A stretch of 64,000 nt of DNA from a virus. The notes under the pieces were generated by a model. It did not search any database, was not told where the DNA came from, and was given only the letters and a program-made list of their open reading frames with translations. Shown here in pieces: positions 28,362-37,556 of the stretch; the first letter of the stretch is position 1; every line of letters starts with the position of its first letter. Made by a program: the position numbers and the translations under genes. Where the stretch lies: IMG/VR virus record IMGVR_UViG_3300030329_003470, positions 1-64,000 of that record; one strand, given 5' to 3'.

Positions 28362-29419
28362 TATTCTGCCTCGGGTGGATCATCTTGTGATGATGCACTA
28401 GATAATTTATCAAAATCATCCATTAGCATATCCAATTTGGCTCCAACCCAGGCTTTTCTGAATTCAATGTGTTCTTTTCCTGTAGGATCGACGTATTTTA
28501 ATCTATTTCCTGTTTGTACTAGTATTCCTTTTTTCTCAAATAAATCAACTAGTCCACTATAAGGATCCATACCAGTATCGTATGGAATTTTAACTTGTAC
28601 ACCCTCAAACGGTTTAGCATATCTCGTTTTCATAACTTTACAAGCCGCTCTTATACCTCTTACGTCAGATATTTTGTTGCCTTTTTCATCTTCTTTTAGT
28701 TTTAATTTTTTCATTGCAACTACAATACTTGATGCATATATAAATCCTTGTCCTCCTGATATCTTATCATCTGGATCAAACATATCTTGTGATGCGTATG
28801 TGTGATTGGTTGCTATAAGTCCTACGTTCCAACTTCCAAACATATTAACACAGTTTCTTACAAGTGCCGTTAATGCTTTAGGTTTTCTACCTAAATCACC
28901 CTTCATCTCACCTGCTTCAAACTGATTAACATCTGTTGGTGTTAGTAACATACCCAAACTGTCTATAACAAATAGTACTTTAGGTGCACCTTCTTTGTTG
29001 TCTGCGTGTTGCTCTTTGTAACCTTTCATAAACTCTGAAACAGTTTTTGCTACGTCATCAACCATAGACATACTTAATTTCATAAGTTTATCTTCTGATG
29101 TGTCTACTTTTAATGCTTGTAGCCATTGTTCGTCTAATGCGTTCTCTGTATCAATTAGTATAACAAATATACCTTGATCCTGTGCATTTTTAATAATGTT
29201 ACCTGATGCTATGTAAGATTTACCTGCTCCTGATTCTCCTGCAAGTACAGTTACTTTGCCTAACGGTATTCCTTTTTTAAAATTACTAGTCATCAAATAG
29301 TTTAATGCGTAATTTCCTGTTGAAATCCAGTCTGTAGGATCGCTAAATCCAATACCTAATCCTGAAATTGATTTCGTAATACTCTTTCTAAATTTTGTTG
29401 CGTCAAATGGTTTTGTCAT
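28361..29419 (-). CDS. uvsX: RecA/UvsX recombinase
   Basis: ISTGNYALN, GESGAGKS, IDTENALD, VIDSLG, SGG..F.YASS, KTRY.KPF. Confidence 0.93.
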   Translation of the reverse strand: MTKPFDATKFRKSITKSISGLGIGFSDPTDWISTGNYALNYLMTSNFKKGIPLGKVTVLAGESGAGKSYIASGNIIKNAQDQGIFVILIDTENALDEQWLQALKVDTSEDKLMKLSMSMVDDVAKTVSEFMKGYKEQHADNKEGAPKVLFVIDSLGMLLTPTDVNQFEAGEMKGDLGRKPKALTALVRNCVNMFGSWNVGLIATNHTYASQDMFDPDDKISGGQGFIYASSIVVAMKKLKLKEDEKGNKISDVRGIRAACKVMKTRYAKPFEGVQVKIPYDTGMDPYSGLVDLFEKKGILVQTGNRLKYVDPTGKEHIEFRKAWVGAKLDMLMDDFDKLSSASSQDDPPEAE

Positions 29420-29425
29420 AATGTT

Positions 29426-29524
29426 TTATATTAAAATCCAAAGGATGATTATTACAATTATTACCCAAGCAGGTATTTGTTTGTACAATATCCAATCGAT
29501 TGCTTTTTTAATTTCGTTTTTCAT
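29426..29524 (-). CDS. 32-aa single-pass membrane peptide
   Basis: Manual translation MKNEIKKAIDWILYKQIPAWVIIVIIILWILI; AAGGA SD; consensus promoter directly upstream. Not in ORF track. Confidence 0.65.
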   Translation of the reverse strand: MKNEIKKAIDWILYKQIPAWVIIVIIILWILI

Positions 29525-29533
29525 ATTATCCTT

Positions 29534-29562
29534 ATTATAATACACAAGGCCTCAACTGTCAA
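29534..29562 (-). promoter_or_regulatory. Consensus sigma70 promoter for the small ORF-recA-uvsY operon
   Basis: TTGACA (29562-57), 17 nt, TATAAT (29539-34). Confidence 0.85.
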
Positions 29563-29576
29563 CAATTAAGGCCTTG
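29545..29576 (-). terminator. 14-bp hairpin after the ssb gene, overlapping the -35 element
   Basis: CAAGGCCTTAATTG-TTGA-CAGTTGAGGCCTTG (two G-U pairs), weak T-tract TGTATT after it. Confidence 0.55.
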
Positions 29577-29589
29577 GTAAAATGTCAGA

Positions 29590-30567
29590 TTACTTCGCTT
29601 GTCTTGATCTTATAAGTTTTAAGATATCTTCTGCTCTCTTGGCACTATCACCTGCTGGTTGTTGTGCTGGTTGAGCCGCTGGTACTGGTTGTGCTTCAGT
29701 TTTAACTTCAGCATTTACCGGATCAGCAGTCTTTTCCACTGGAGCAGGTCTATCTGCTTTTGGTACAGATACTTGACTTGCAAAACTTCCTGTAGGTCTA
29801 AAGTATTGTCCATATTTTTCAAGATCATAAGCCTCACCGTCTACAGATTTTTCAAATAATTCTTTGATTATTTTAACTTCTGCTTCAGTTGGTTCTTTTG
29901 GTCTAAAGTCACCTAAGTTATGTAAACCAAACTTATCAATTGCAGATCTTTCTGCTTCGTCTAGAGCACGTTCTCTTCTAGACCATTTTGATGTAGAATA
30001 ATCAGCATAACCGCCTTTAGTTGTCTTGTTAATTCTAAAATCAACACCTTTTACAAAGTCAGTTGGTAACTCTTCCATCTCTGGATCAAGTAACGCACTT
30101 CTGATAATGTTAAAGATTTGAGGTCCAATAATAAATCTTCTAACTGGATTCTCTGGTGTTGTGTCTTCAGATAACGGATTGTTGACAACAAAACCTTGGA
30201 AAATATAACTTTTCTTTTTCCAATATTTTCTTCCCATATCTTCCATGCTTTTGTCTTTAAACCATGGTCTAACTTCTGTTAGAACTGGACAAGTTTTTCC
30301 ATACATTTCCATACAAGGAACTTGTACTGTAACTGGTCTTGAATCAGTTTGACCTTTAACACCTGCGAAAGGTAGTTTGATCATATTTCTTTCAGTCCAG
30401 AAAAATGTATTGCCTTGATCCTTATCTGGTAAGAATCTAACAACTGCTTCTGAGCCTTCTGATATGTTCCAGTGTGGGTAGATGGCGTTGTCTCCGCCTG
30501 TTTGTGAACCTGAGCGATTAGGTTCTTGGGATTTTAACTTCGCTCTTATTTCAGCCAATGTAGCCAT
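29590..30567 (-). CDS. gp32: Single-stranded DNA-binding protein, gp32-like
   Basis: AVVRFLPD, VPCMEMYGKTCPV, G.DF.I.KT.KGGYADYSTS.W; adjacent to recA. Confidence 0.85.
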   Translation of the reverse strand: MATLAEIRAKLKSQEPNRSGSQTGGDNAIYPHWNISEGSEAVVRFLPDKDQGNTFFWTERNMIKLPFAGVKGQTDSRPVTVQVPCMEMYGKTCPVLTEVRPWFKDKSMEDMGRKYWKKKSYIFQGFVVNNPLSEDTTPENPVRRFIIGPQIFNIIRSALLDPEMEELPTDFVKGVDFRINKTTKGGYADYSTSKWSRRERALDEAERSAIDKFGLHNLGDFRPKEPTEAEVKIIKELFEKSVDGEAYDLEKYGQYFRPTGSFASQVSVPKADRPAPVEKTADPVNAEVKTEAQPVPAAQPAQQPAGDSAKRAEDILKLIRSRQAK

Positions 30568-30669
30568 AATGTAAGCCTCCTATTTTGCCTATGTTTGTTT
30601 TAATGTGCCTAAATGTATATCACACATTACGTATAATATACTACTATATTTATGAAATGTCTACTACTA

Positions 30670-32793
30670 TTATTGGTAATTTGCTAATTGTGTAATTCTA
30701 GCAATTTCTTCTTCAACGCCTGCGATGTTTTGTGCGTTGTCGCTGTCTACTTTGGCTTTGATAGCCGATACTATTTTTGCTCTTGATTCGTTTAAACCTT
30801 CTTTACCTTCGTATTTCATTATACGAGATATTTCTCTGTGGTCTTTTTCTGCTTCCCATTCTGGGTCAACTGGACCTTTATCTTTACCCCAATTTGGATT
30901 TGTTTCAGCATCTTTCTTTTGAGCCGCTATGCCTTGATCAATTCTTTCATCTTTATCCATTTTTAATTTGTTAAAGTTTTTTGAAAGATAAGCCATTGCT
31001 ACTTTTGAATCACCTGTTTTAAATGCTGATGCACCATCTTTGTCTAATACATCATAAACAGTTTTGCCAGTTTGATCATCTTTGTACATTGAAACATAAG
31101 GTTTAATGTCTTCAAAAGTTACTTCTTCGCCTGCAAATGCTGGTTCTTTATCTTTTTGTAATTCCATTCTACGTTTTAAAACTTCTTTTCTCATAGCAGG
31201 ATCTTTCATTGCTCCTGGAGTCATTTGTATATCTTGTAATGCTTTTAATTTTGCTCTTCTATCTTCTTCGTCTCTTGGCTTTGTGTCGTATTCGTTAGTA
31301 ACTTCGTCTACCCATGACTCAAATGTTTCAGTTTCTTTTGCTCTTCCTTTAATATCTTTTTTAGCCTTAAATTCTGCTGGGTCAATTTCTTGAGATGTTC
31401 TTTGATATTTTGCCACTAATGCTTTTGCAATATCTCTATTTTTTCCTGCATCTGGATCTTTAGGATCAAAAGGTTGTCCAGTTTGACTCATTTGATCTGC
31501 AACTCTAGAAGCAAAGTTTGCCACTCTGTCTTCATCTGGAGTTTGTGTTAACATTCTAGAAGCAATATCTGAAAGTGTTGTCATAATTTTTGTATCTTCT
31601 GGGCCAGCATTTTTAGGCATCATTCTTTTCTCATCTGGCATATTTTTATTAAGTAAAATTTTGCTGTCAGGATCTGCTAAAAACTTTTTAACAACCATTG
31701 CGTGATCAACTGCCGGCTCAACAGGTGCATCAATTGGTTCGTCACCTGGATCTAATTCTGTTACTACTGGTTCTGCAGTTTTTGTTTTTTCAAATTCAGC
31801 CATTATTCTATCGATAATAGGAAGTGCATCTTCTACTCTGTTGTCTAAATTTTTCAGTGTAAATTTTTCTCTTAATTTGTTTACAGTTTCATCATCTAAT
31901 ATTTGGTCTTCTGCTGTTTTAAAATCTTTAGATGCCGCTTCGTAGTGAGATTGTTTTGATAAATTTCTCATATACTCTCTTAAATTTTCTAAACTTAATT
32001 TTGTTTGTTCAATAATATCACCTGCATTATCATTTAATTGATCTTTGTTTGAAACATATCTTGAAAATGAACTTAATTTTGCAATATCTTCTGATGTTTT
32101 TACAATGTGTTCTCCAAATTCATCATGTGGTCTTCCGCCATTAGCAACGTGTCTTGTCATTGCTCTTGCACCTGCTAGGTGTGTTAATGGATATTTGAAT
32201 CTTTCACCATCTTCGTTTTCAATGTATAATGATTGTATTTGTCTTGATCTAGCACCAGGTATCATTTCATCAACTTTGCCTGAGTGTCTAATTATTAATC
32301 TTGTTTTATCTAGGTTTTCGTATGATCTTTTTGCTGTGCCTGTAAGTCCTTCTTTAACTTCAACACCTGCTAGTTTAGTAATTCTGTTTAATTCTTCCGA
32401 CATCTCATCAGTATTTACCGTTTTGTTCGTATCTGCAAGATTTTGATAATCCTGCTTCGTTAGGTTCGATTTCGTTATATCACGCACATCAAATCTTAAT
32501 TGATGTTCTACAGCAAAGTCTTTTAATTCTTTTAAAAATGCATACCATTCATCCTTGCTATCTTCGTCTATTTTGTCCACTAAATTACGGTTGTAAAACA
32601 CTTTCATTGTTTCACCATCAGCAAGGCTAATGCTTACTGCTCCGTATGTGTCAGCATCTTCTTTAAATTCAAATTCAAAAAATAAAGCACTTGCAGGATC
32701 GCCTGTAGGAACACCACTTTCGTCTCCTATTCTAATATTAGCGAATTGCGAACGTATTTTATTAAACAAGTCTGCAGATGTTTTTGGGTTCAT
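30670..32793 (-). CDS. Large hypothetical protein, probably virion/head-associated
   Basis: 707-aa acidic ORF next to terminase; TAAATA 6 nt upstream; repeated (L/V)xE-G/S motifs. Confidence 0.5.
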   Translation of the reverse strand: MNPKTSADLFNKIRSQFANIRIGDESGVPTGDPASALFFEFEFKEDADTYGAVSISLADGETMKVFYNRNLVDKIDEDSKDEWYAFLKELKDFAVEHQLRFDVRDITKSNLTKQDYQNLADTNKTVNTDEMSEELNRITKLAGVEVKEGLTGTAKRSYENLDKTRLIIRHSGKVDEMIPGARSRQIQSLYIENEDGERFKYPLTHLAGARAMTRHVANGGRPHDEFGEHIVKTSEDIAKLSSFSRYVSNKDQLNDNAGDIIEQTKLSLENLREYMRNLSKQSHYEAASKDFKTAEDQILDDETVNKLREKFTLKNLDNRVEDALPIIDRIMAEFEKTKTAEPVVTELDPGDEPIDAPVEPAVDHAMVVKKFLADPDSKILLNKNMPDEKRMMPKNAGPEDTKIMTTLSDIASRMLTQTPDEDRVANFASRVADQMSQTGQPFDPKDPDAGKNRDIAKALVAKYQRTSQEIDPAEFKAKKDIKGRAKETETFESWVDEVTNEYDTKPRDEEDRRAKLKALQDIQMTPGAMKDPAMRKEVLKRRMELQKDKEPAFAGEEVTFEDIKPYVSMYKDDQTGKTVYDVLDKDGASAFKTGDSKVAMAYLSKNFNKLKMDKDERIDQGIAAQKKDAETNPNWGKDKGPVDPEWEAEKDHREISRIMKYEGKEGLNESRAKIVSAIKAKVDSDNAQNIAGVEEEIARITQLANYQ

Positions 32794-32805
32794 ATAGTGT
32801 ATTTA

Positions 32806-34401
32806 TTATCCATAAAAGTTTCCAAAGATGGGCATTGGAGTTGTCATTTCAGATGATCTATCAGTCCAACGTTCAAATATTTTGGGGTCAAAATCTGCTA
32901 ATACCTTCATCATACGTGTCATTAATAAACAAGCACTTACTAGGTCGTCGTGCTGTCCTGGTTTTGCTTTAAAACTTAATCCTGTTGCTACAAAGTCTTT
33001 TAACTCTGATATTAATAGTTGCGAGTTTATTTTCATTTTACCACTTTCAACTAGTTCTTTAAATTTTGTACAAGCATCAATTTTAAATTTAGCAGTTGTA
33101 TTAAACCCTCTTCTAAATTTACGTCTGTGTCCTTTTCTTATAGGTTCTGATAAAAACATACCCATAATGTTTTCTTCACCAATATCCATTACTCTCATTA
33201 ATGCCGCTTCACCTATTGTGTTGTTCTCCATTGAATAAAATATTTGCGGTGTTGCTGAAGCATCTTTTTCAACAATTGAATCGTGTATATGTTTATTAAT
33301 ACCCTGTAATATTCTAACCTGTTGATTCATTGGAGTCATGTTGTGTTGCCATTCACCTATTTGTTCAAATGTAGGCAATTCAAAAACTTGTATTGCACTA
33401 AAGTCTCCACCTGTACCCATTGAAGGATCTAAAGAAACCATGTATGTATGTCCTGGAGTTGGACGTTTAAACCAACGTACTTGTCCTGTTGTTTCTACAG
33501 GAGCAACGCCTTCCATGTCTGCTAGTGTTAAACTTGAAATTAATGTTTCATCAAAAATTAAGAATTCACACTCGTGTTCCCTTCTAAATCTTTCTTCACC
33601 AATTCTTGCTCTTTCAGTTTCTGCCCATTCTTCATTTCTATCTGGGTGTTCTGACCAATGTGCCTTCATGGCATAAAAACCATTTGTACCTACAATTTTG
33701 TCATTGCCATATTCGTCAAATCTTTTATTTGCTTCTTTCCAAATCATAGCAAATTGGTCTTCATCACTGTTTGGAGTTGAAGTAATTAAACATTTACCTC
33801 CAGTTGATAGTGTAGGAGATAGTGATGTCCAAAATTCTTTTGCTTTATCAGGTGGCTGTACGAAAGCAAACTCATCACAATATATCATTGTTAAGGACAT
33901 ACCCCGTCCTGTGTTTTCAGTTGTGGTAGTTGCCATAATTTTTGAACCATTATCAAATTCTATTGAGTTTCTATTGTATTGTGTTACACCTGCTTTGATC
34001 CAACCAGGTAACATTTCATAAGCATAACGCACCCTTGACATAATGTCTGATGCACCTGCGTATTTGTGTGCCGCAATTAGTATGTGTGAATCTGGATGAA
34101 ACATAGCATACCATATTAGGTATCCTGATGCACAGGTTGTTTTTCCTGTTTGTCTTGGCAACATTGATATTGAAAACCTGTGTGAGTTGTATGCTTCAAT
34201 TAATCTTTTTTGATATGGAAATGGTTTAAAAGGCATCTCACCTTTAGTAGGATGTTGTATTTTCATAAATGTTTCCATAAAATACAATGGACCATTTTGA
34301 ATATCCATACATTTCTCAAGTTGTTCCACTTGATCTTTAGAATATTTGTGCTTCTTATTCGCTTTTTTAATTTGTTGCGAATCTAAACTTACATACGCCA
34401 T
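32806..34401 (-). CDS. gp17: Terminase large subunit
   Basis: PRQTGKT Walker A, YCDEFAF Walker B, ITSTPN, FRREHECEF, LDPSMG.GGD, HDDLV nuclease motifs. Confidence 0.95.
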   Translation of the reverse strand: MAYVSLDSQQIKKANKKHKYSKDQVEQLEKCMDIQNGPLYFMETFMKIQHPTKGEMPFKPFPYQKRLIEAYNSHRFSISMLPRQTGKTTCASGYLIWYAMFHPDSHILIAAHKYAGASDIMSRVRYAYEMLPGWIKAGVTQYNRNSIEFDNGSKIMATTTTENTGRGMSLTMIYCDEFAFVQPPDKAKEFWTSLSPTLSTGGKCLITSTPNSDEDQFAMIWKEANKRFDEYGNDKIVGTNGFYAMKAHWSEHPDRNEEWAETERARIGEERFRREHECEFLIFDETLISSLTLADMEGVAPVETTGQVRWFKRPTPGHTYMVSLDPSMGTGGDFSAIQVFELPTFEQIGEWQHNMTPMNQQVRILQGINKHIHDSIVEKDASATPQIFYSMENNTIGEAALMRVMDIGEENIMGMFLSEPIRKGHRRKFRRGFNTTAKFKIDACTKFKELVESGKMKINSQLLISELKDFVATGLSFKAKPGQHDDLVSACLLMTRMMKVLADFDPKIFERWTDRSSEMTTPMPIFGNFYG

Positions 34402-34442
34402 AGTGTAGTATTTAATGCTAAAAGTGTGTTAGGAAAAGTAAC

Positions 34443-35534
34443 TTATTTTGCTTCTTTATCTTTAACGGCTTTTTTCATTGGTTCTTTTTTATCGCCGTCT
34501 TTGTCGATATCAATATAGTCTGGTTTTGCTTTTGCTTCAGCAACTTTTGCCGCTTCTTGATATGCTTTTTTAAAGCCTTCGTATTGTGCTCTTAATGAAT
34601 TTGCTAAATCTTCTTCAGTTACTTTGTCTTCAACCGCTAATGGATTATCGCCTGGGTATTCTTTTTTAACTTGTTGTTTTTGTTTGTTTAAACCACCAGA
34701 ATGTACATTTACCAATGTGTCAACATCAGCAACTTTTTCATTTGGTTCGTTGTCAAAAGTTTCTTCTGCTTTTTCTTCATCCGGTGCAGTAATCATGTTT
34801 CTGAATTTTGCCATTTCGTCACCGTCAGTTCCTGGTGTATCCATTTGTTTATTCAATTCTCCTGGATCCATTTCTTCGCCTGCTTCTGGTTGAGCGTTAA
34901 TCATTGCATCATCAACTGGTTTTACACCTGCTAATTTTAAAATTTGCATCATCATACCTGCTTCTTCTGGAGAATCAGTTGATATTTGTATTGCTTCGTT
35001 TACTGGTTTTTTGTCTTCTGTTGTCATTGTATTTGTATTTACCTCTTCAAAGTCGCTATCTCTTAATGTATGCTCTTCGTCTCCAACTTTAAACTTGTCG
35101 CCTTTTTTCAAACCTGCCGCTTTTGCTTTTTGAACTGCGTGTGCAAATTCGTTACCTTCTTCTGCTGTGTCTTCGTAAGGTTCGTCTATCTCGTGTTTTC
35201 TAGAACCGTTATCGTTAAAGTCGTCTTGTACCATTTTCATTGCTGTTTCAATTTCGTATGATCTAGGAAAAGGTGCGTTTGCTTTTTCTTTATCCATAGC
35301 ACCAAGTACTTCTGCTTTTCTCATTTTTAAATTGCCATCATCATTAAGATATTCACCTACTGCCTCTTGAGCACCAATGTGTATGTCACTCATTCCGCCC
35401 TCAGCAGTTTTTACTTCAGTGTTTTGTATTTCTGCTGGATTAGTTCTTTCAACATTTGCCACAGCGTCTTTAACTAACTCTGGTCTAGTTTGTGCGATTT
35501 CTTGTAATTTTTTTAATACGTCAAGCATTTCCAT
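34443..35534 (-). CDS. Acidic low-complexity protein with an EF-hand-like DxDxDG motif, probable internal head protein
   Basis: DIDKDGDKKE near C-terminus; Glu/Asp/Lys-rich. Confidence 0.5.
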   Translation of the reverse strand: MEMLDVLKKLQEIAQTRPELVKDAVANVERTNPAEIQNTEVKTAEGGMSDIHIGAQEAVGEYLNDDGNLKMRKAEVLGAMDKEKANAPFPRSYEIETAMKMVQDDFNDNGSRKHEIDEPYEDTAEEGNEFAHAVQKAKAAGLKKGDKFKVGDEEHTLRDSDFEEVNTNTMTTEDKKPVNEAIQISTDSPEEAGMMMQILKLAGVKPVDDAMINAQPEAGEEMDPGELNKQMDTPGTDGDEMAKFRNMITAPDEEKAEETFDNEPNEKVADVDTLVNVHSGGLNKQKQQVKKEYPGDNPLAVEDKVTEEDLANSLRAQYEGFKKAYQEAAKVAEAKAKPDYIDIDKDGDKKEPMKKAVKDKEAK

Positions 35535-35536
35535 GA

Positions 35537-36193
35537 CTATTTTCCTTTTTTAAGATCTCTTTTTGCTGTTGGTTGTCTAAATTTATAATGTGATGCTGGA
35601 TCTGGATTTCCTTTTACAGGTGCCTTACCAGTATTGATTGGAGAACTTCCATCCTTTTCATCTTCTTTAGTTGTAGCATTCTCTTTTTCTTTTGGATGGT
35701 CTTTGTTTTCTTCTCTGTCTTTTAATAATTCTTTTAACAAACTCATGTTTGCTTCAGTTGAGTGAAATTCTTTTGCATCTACTTTAGGTGCATCGGCCAT
35801 TTCAATATCTTGTAGTTTGTTTTTGTATTCTGATTTGCCTGCGTTTGCTATTGTTTCTTGATATTCTTCTGTTGGCTCGTTTGGTTTTCTTACAACTATG
35901 TGTGCTGGAGAAATTCTCATATAGTCTGCTATATACTCTTTCATTTCTCTTACTGATGCTGGATAGTTTGTAGTTACATCGTAAATTGTTACAGCCTCAT
36001 TTGACAATGCTGGAAAATCTAAAGGTAAACTCTGTATTGGAGTTTTCTTTCCTGCTGACATTTTAACAACCTCAAATTTTGCTAGTGCAGTTTCTAATCT
36101 TGTTGCATCTATGTCTTTAGGTTGCCCTGCAATCTTGATTTTGTAGTCATATGACTTTGTTGATTCTGTTAGATAGTGTGTAAACGTGCTCAT
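35537..36193 (-). CDS. Hypothetical virion protein
   Basis: Start MSTFTHYLTES at 36193, 6 nt after TAAATA (track 36199). Confidence 0.55.
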   Translation of the reverse strand: MSTFTHYLTESTKSYDYKIKIAGQPKDIDATRLETALAKFEVVKMSAGKKTPIQSLPLDFPALSNEAVTIYDVTTNYPASVREMKEYIADYMRISPAHIVVRKPNEPTEEYQETIANAGKSEYKNKLQDIEMADAPKVDAKEFHSTEANMSLLKELLKDREENKDHPKEKENATTKEDEKDGSSPINTGKAPVKGNPDPASHYKFRQPTAKRDLKKGK

Positions 36194-36202
36194 ATGCAAT
36201 AT

Positions 36203-36727
36203 TTAGTCTTTTTTAAGGAGTTTCTTCATTAATTCATTACGGTCAGATATTACAAACCCGTCGCTTTCTTCAACAGGCCCACCGTCTTTACCGTCTGTTT
36301 GGTCTATTTTCATTTTTTTAAGTTGTAGTTCAACCATTTTTAACTTCTTATCTATTTTAGAACCTTTAGCATCAATGGCATTACGCAACATAGTACTTGC
36401 TACCTCAAAAATACGTCCTGAATAACGTGAATCTACATTCATTCCTAAGTCCATTAAGTTCTTATAACTCTCTTCTGCTTCTACAGCCAACTTATCTAGT
36501 TCTAAATCTGACAGTTCGCCTAGTCCTTTTACTTGGGGTAATGCGGCCGCAACCTTATCAAATTCAGCATATGTTTTTTGTAAGTTTTTTTGTGTTTCAG
36601 GATCTAAATTTTTACTAGAAACGCCATTAGAATTTTTAGTTTCTTTAACTTTTTCTTTGGAATCTACTTGTTTAAATGCTTCTTTAACATTTGGTAAATT
36701 TAAAATTTCTTCTAACTTCTTTGTCAT
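36203..36727 (-). CDS. Hypothetical helical protein in the packaging cluster
   Basis: 174-aa ORF; TAAATA 5 nt upstream. Confidence 0.55.
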   Translation of the reverse strand: MTKKLEEILNLPNVKEAFKQVDSKEKVKETKNSNGVSSKNLDPETQKNLQKTYAEFDKVAAALPQVKGLGELSDLELDKLAVEAEESYKNLMDLGMNVDSRYSGRIFEVASTMLRNAIDAKGSKIDKKLKMVELQLKKMKIDQTDGKDGGPVEESDGFVISDRNELMKKLLKKD

Positions 36728-36735
36728 GTTTTTAT

Positions 36736-37176
36736 TTACTTACGATTGCCGTTATGAAACAACTGATCTTCTGATAAAACTCTAAATCTTATTCTATTTT
36801 GTTTAGCATAAGCATTCGCGGCCTCCCACTTTGCCATATTAATTACTGCTTGTTTTTTCTTACCTTGACTTTTACCAGCATCAAAAATATTTGTTTGAGA
36901 TTTAGGTTTTACTTCAATAAGTTCTGCGTGTTTGCTTCCATTTTTATCAGTATAAACAACAAAAAAATCTGGAACATACACAGTATACTTTCCTGTAAAA
37001 GGATGTCTGTAAGGAATTTTAATTGATTCACTTGCCCATTTTGCCACGTATGGATGTTCGTCGCACAATCTCATAAATGCTTGTTCCCAACTTGAACGAT
37101 ATGTTGGCGTTTTTAAACCAATATATTTTTCTTGATTTTTAGGTGTAAATTTTCCTTTTGCGAATCTTGGGATCAT
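36736..37176 (-). CDS. gp4: Head completion nuclease, gp4-like (TnsA/PD-(D/E)xK fold)
   Basis: GKF.PKN..KY, YRSSWE, W.SE...IPY, Y.PDF, IEVKP, KWEAA. Confidence 0.88.
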   Translation of the reverse strand: MIPRFAKGKFTPKNQEKYIGLKTPTYRSSWEQAFMRLCDEHPYVAKWASESIKIPYRHPFTGKYTVYVPDFFVVYTDKNGSKHAELIEVKPKSQTNIFDAGKSQGKKKQAVINMAKWEAANAYAKQNRIRFRVLSEDQLFHNGNRK

Positions 37177-37556
37177 TAGTCTATTATATTTCTAGACACA
37201 GTTCCTGATGTAGTAAGGGTTTGTCTTACACCTAATCTACTGGACTTGTATCTGTTTGCATTTAAAATTATTGTTATTAGTTCAGATAGTTGTGCCGGTG
37301 TGGCATAAGTTAATTTGTCGATAATTTCAGCAGGCGAAACAGAATCAATTTTTGCCTGTGCTAATATAACATAAGCAGTAGATTCAGCCGCAGTTCTTGA
37401 AAATCCTCTTTTTACAAAAAATGCGATAGTTGAATCATATTCACCAACGTTGAATTGATACTGTTCTTCGTAATTGCTTGTAGTTAATTTTTGAATAGTT
37501 TTATCCAATTGATCTTTTTGTTTTGGTGGTAAGTTTGTGTAAAAATTTTCAGCCAT
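37176..37556 (-). CDS. Hypothetical protein
   Basis: 126-aa ORF in tail/head cluster. Confidence 0.6.
   Translation of the reverse strand: MAENFYTNLPPKQKDQLDKTIQKLTTSNYEEQYQFNVGEYDSTIAFFVKRGFSRTAAESTAYVILAQAKIDSVSPAEIIDKLTYATPAQLSELITIILNANRYKSSRLGVRQTLTTSGTVSRNIID

Noticed and set aside
716-34401. Inteins or group I introns in helicase, RecA or terminase
   Set aside because: Proteins are normal length with contiguous motifs; no C...HN(C/S/T) insertions.
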